This document shows positions 62,345-64,000 of a stretch of DNA of 64,000 nucleotides, one piece after another (within the stretch, counting starts at the first letter, position 1; each line of letters begins with the position of its first letter). The position numbers and the translations under genes were made by a program. Source of the DNA: Octopus bimaculoides (Eukaryota); the NCBI RefSeq assembly GCF_001194135.2, contig NC_068994.1, forward strand, positions 58,977,421 to 59,041,420. Reading direction: 5' to 3'. Below the pieces are notes generated by a model that did not search any database, was not told where the DNA came from, and saw only the letters and a list, made by a program, of their open reading frames with translations.

Positions 62345-62885
62345 AGCTCAACCAGAACTCATCATGATGGGCAAGTTTTTGTTGAGAACCGCATATTGCC
62401 AGCCATCCCAGACCTTTGTGATCTCCGTGGTGAGATTCAAAGTCCTGAGAAAAGCCTTCACCACCTCATTCCATGTCTTCCTGGGTCTCCCACTTTCACA
62501 ACCTCCATCCACATTAAACGATGAGCACTTCCTTATGCATCTGTCCTCATTCATATGCATCACATGTCCAAACCATCACAGTTTTCTTTCCTGCCCACTA
62601 CATCGGATTCTTCTTATGCCCAGTTCTCCTCATGTTTCACTGCCATGCAGCATTACAACAGTTCTAACCCAAGCATCATGCAATCTGCCCTTCACTCTGT
62701 GAGAAAAGACCTTGTTGCCGACAGCAGTAGTAGTAGCTCCCTAGACTTTCTCCAACCACTTCTTACTCTGACTAATATACTGTCAGCGCTGCCACCTCCT
62801 TTGCTAATTACATCTCTTAAGTAACAAAAGCTATTAATTACTTCTAATGAACCATCCAAGCATTTAAGCAAAACTATTTCGGGTG
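62345..62885 (-). mobile_element. RTE LINE 3' fragment
   Basis: LEVINSFCYLRDVISKGGG..RVRSGWRKSRELL and MHMNEDRCIRKC..GRPRKTWNEVVK in minus-strand ORFs. Confidence 0.85.
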
Positions 62886-62903
62886 TGCTCCAAACACACA
62901 CAC

Positions 62904-62955
<52 letters not shown>

Positions 62956-64000
62956 TATACATACACATGCACACACACAACAGGCTTCTTTCAGTTTCCA
63001 TCTACTAAATCCACTCACAAAGCATTGGCCAGCCTGGTGCTATAGAAGATACTTGCCCAAGGTGCCATGCAATGAGACTGAACCCAAGACCAGATGGTCT
63101 GAAAGTTTGCACACACACACACATGCACATACATGTAACATACACATCCCCACACATTGATAGATATACATACACACTTTATAGAACCGATGGTCAGTGT
63201 TCTGATGAGTCTATTTCAAGTGTAATAAGGGACATGACTGAAAATGTTAACTGGCTTTTAGGGAGGCTTAAACTTATCCATGTTTCTTTCGGGAACTTTA
63301 TATATCTCCATCAGTTTCAATTATGCAGATTTGACCGTTCAATCAAGTGAGTTACCTGCCCTTGATTTAACGTGTAAGTGGTTGAATGTTCCACAGACAC
63401 AAATGCACTCTTAATGTGACTGTCAGACAGAATCTACACGAAACAGTGCATATGGTAAAGCTGTACCTTTTGAATTACAAGAAGTCTACCCAAGGGGTTG
63501 TGGTGAGGGGACCAACACTGACCACTGACAGATTGTCATTCTAATGGGTCCCACAGGATAATGAGATGGGCAACAGACCTCATATCTATGACAGTCAAAC
63601 TTGCAGCTCAATCTCTCTACAGATGCACCCCAGATACGTGGCAGTACCCTAGGATTATACATGGATAAATCCAAGGCTGAGCTTTTATCTGGGCTGAGGA
63701 TCAGAATTAGGAAATTTCTAAATCGTGACTCATCCAGACTCAGCTTTGAAAATATATCGTTGTTGCTATCATCGATGTTTCATAACTGCTTTCCACGTTG
63801 GGAAGGGCCAAACAGATTGATCATGGTGTGAACCCTGGAAGGGATCAGGGGTCAGGTCACACTCCTACATTTTATTTCAGTATGGTTGCCACGAGTGGAT
63901 ATCCATCCCTTTTAGCAATCACTTTGCACCAGCAACAGAGAGGTTTTTAAAGTCTTCTCCAACACTGGACGGCACTCTTGACTCAACGTAATCTCTATTT

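Noticed and set aside
63490-64000. Non-microsatellite sequence at the window end with a 76-aa ORF
   Set aside because: No motif recognised on either strand; possibly a repeat 5' region, unresolved without a search.

Overview
Eukaryotic, AT-rich, microsatellite- and SINE-dense DNA with N gaps, most consistent with an octopus (coleoid cephalopod) draft assembly; the species is inferred from repeat content. Three host genes are supported. (1) A spliced NMNAT on the minus strand that the ORF track misses: internal exons 5043-5131, 2283-2350 and ~800-900 splice in frame to ELARDNLQRNGRYNVIGGIVSPVNDNYGKK-DLISSYHRCKMVEKSLESSDWIT-LDRWESDLNCWTETRHVLAYH. A candidate first exon at 11812-11906 looks like a mitochondrial presequence. 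The GSFNPxTxxH exon was not found and may lie in the 9237-10140 gap. (2) An intronless FANCC-like ORF (12338-14230, +), head-to-head with that first exon about 430 bp away. (3) A 495-aa C2H2 protein (35183-36670, -) with four N-terminal fingers, a poly-Asn tract and an Ikaros/Hunchback-type C-terminal finger pair. Mobile DNA: a young, truncated CsRn1-type Gypsy element inside an NMNAT intron (LTR, tRNA-Trp PBS, CHCC gag, GGGAAAC frameshift site, protease), decayed RTE, Penelope-like and CRE-like retroelements, a Tigger/pogo-type MITE and several SINE families. No prokaryotic features, CRISPR arrays, rRNA or intact tRNA genes were seen. All homology calls come from recalled motifs, not database searches.
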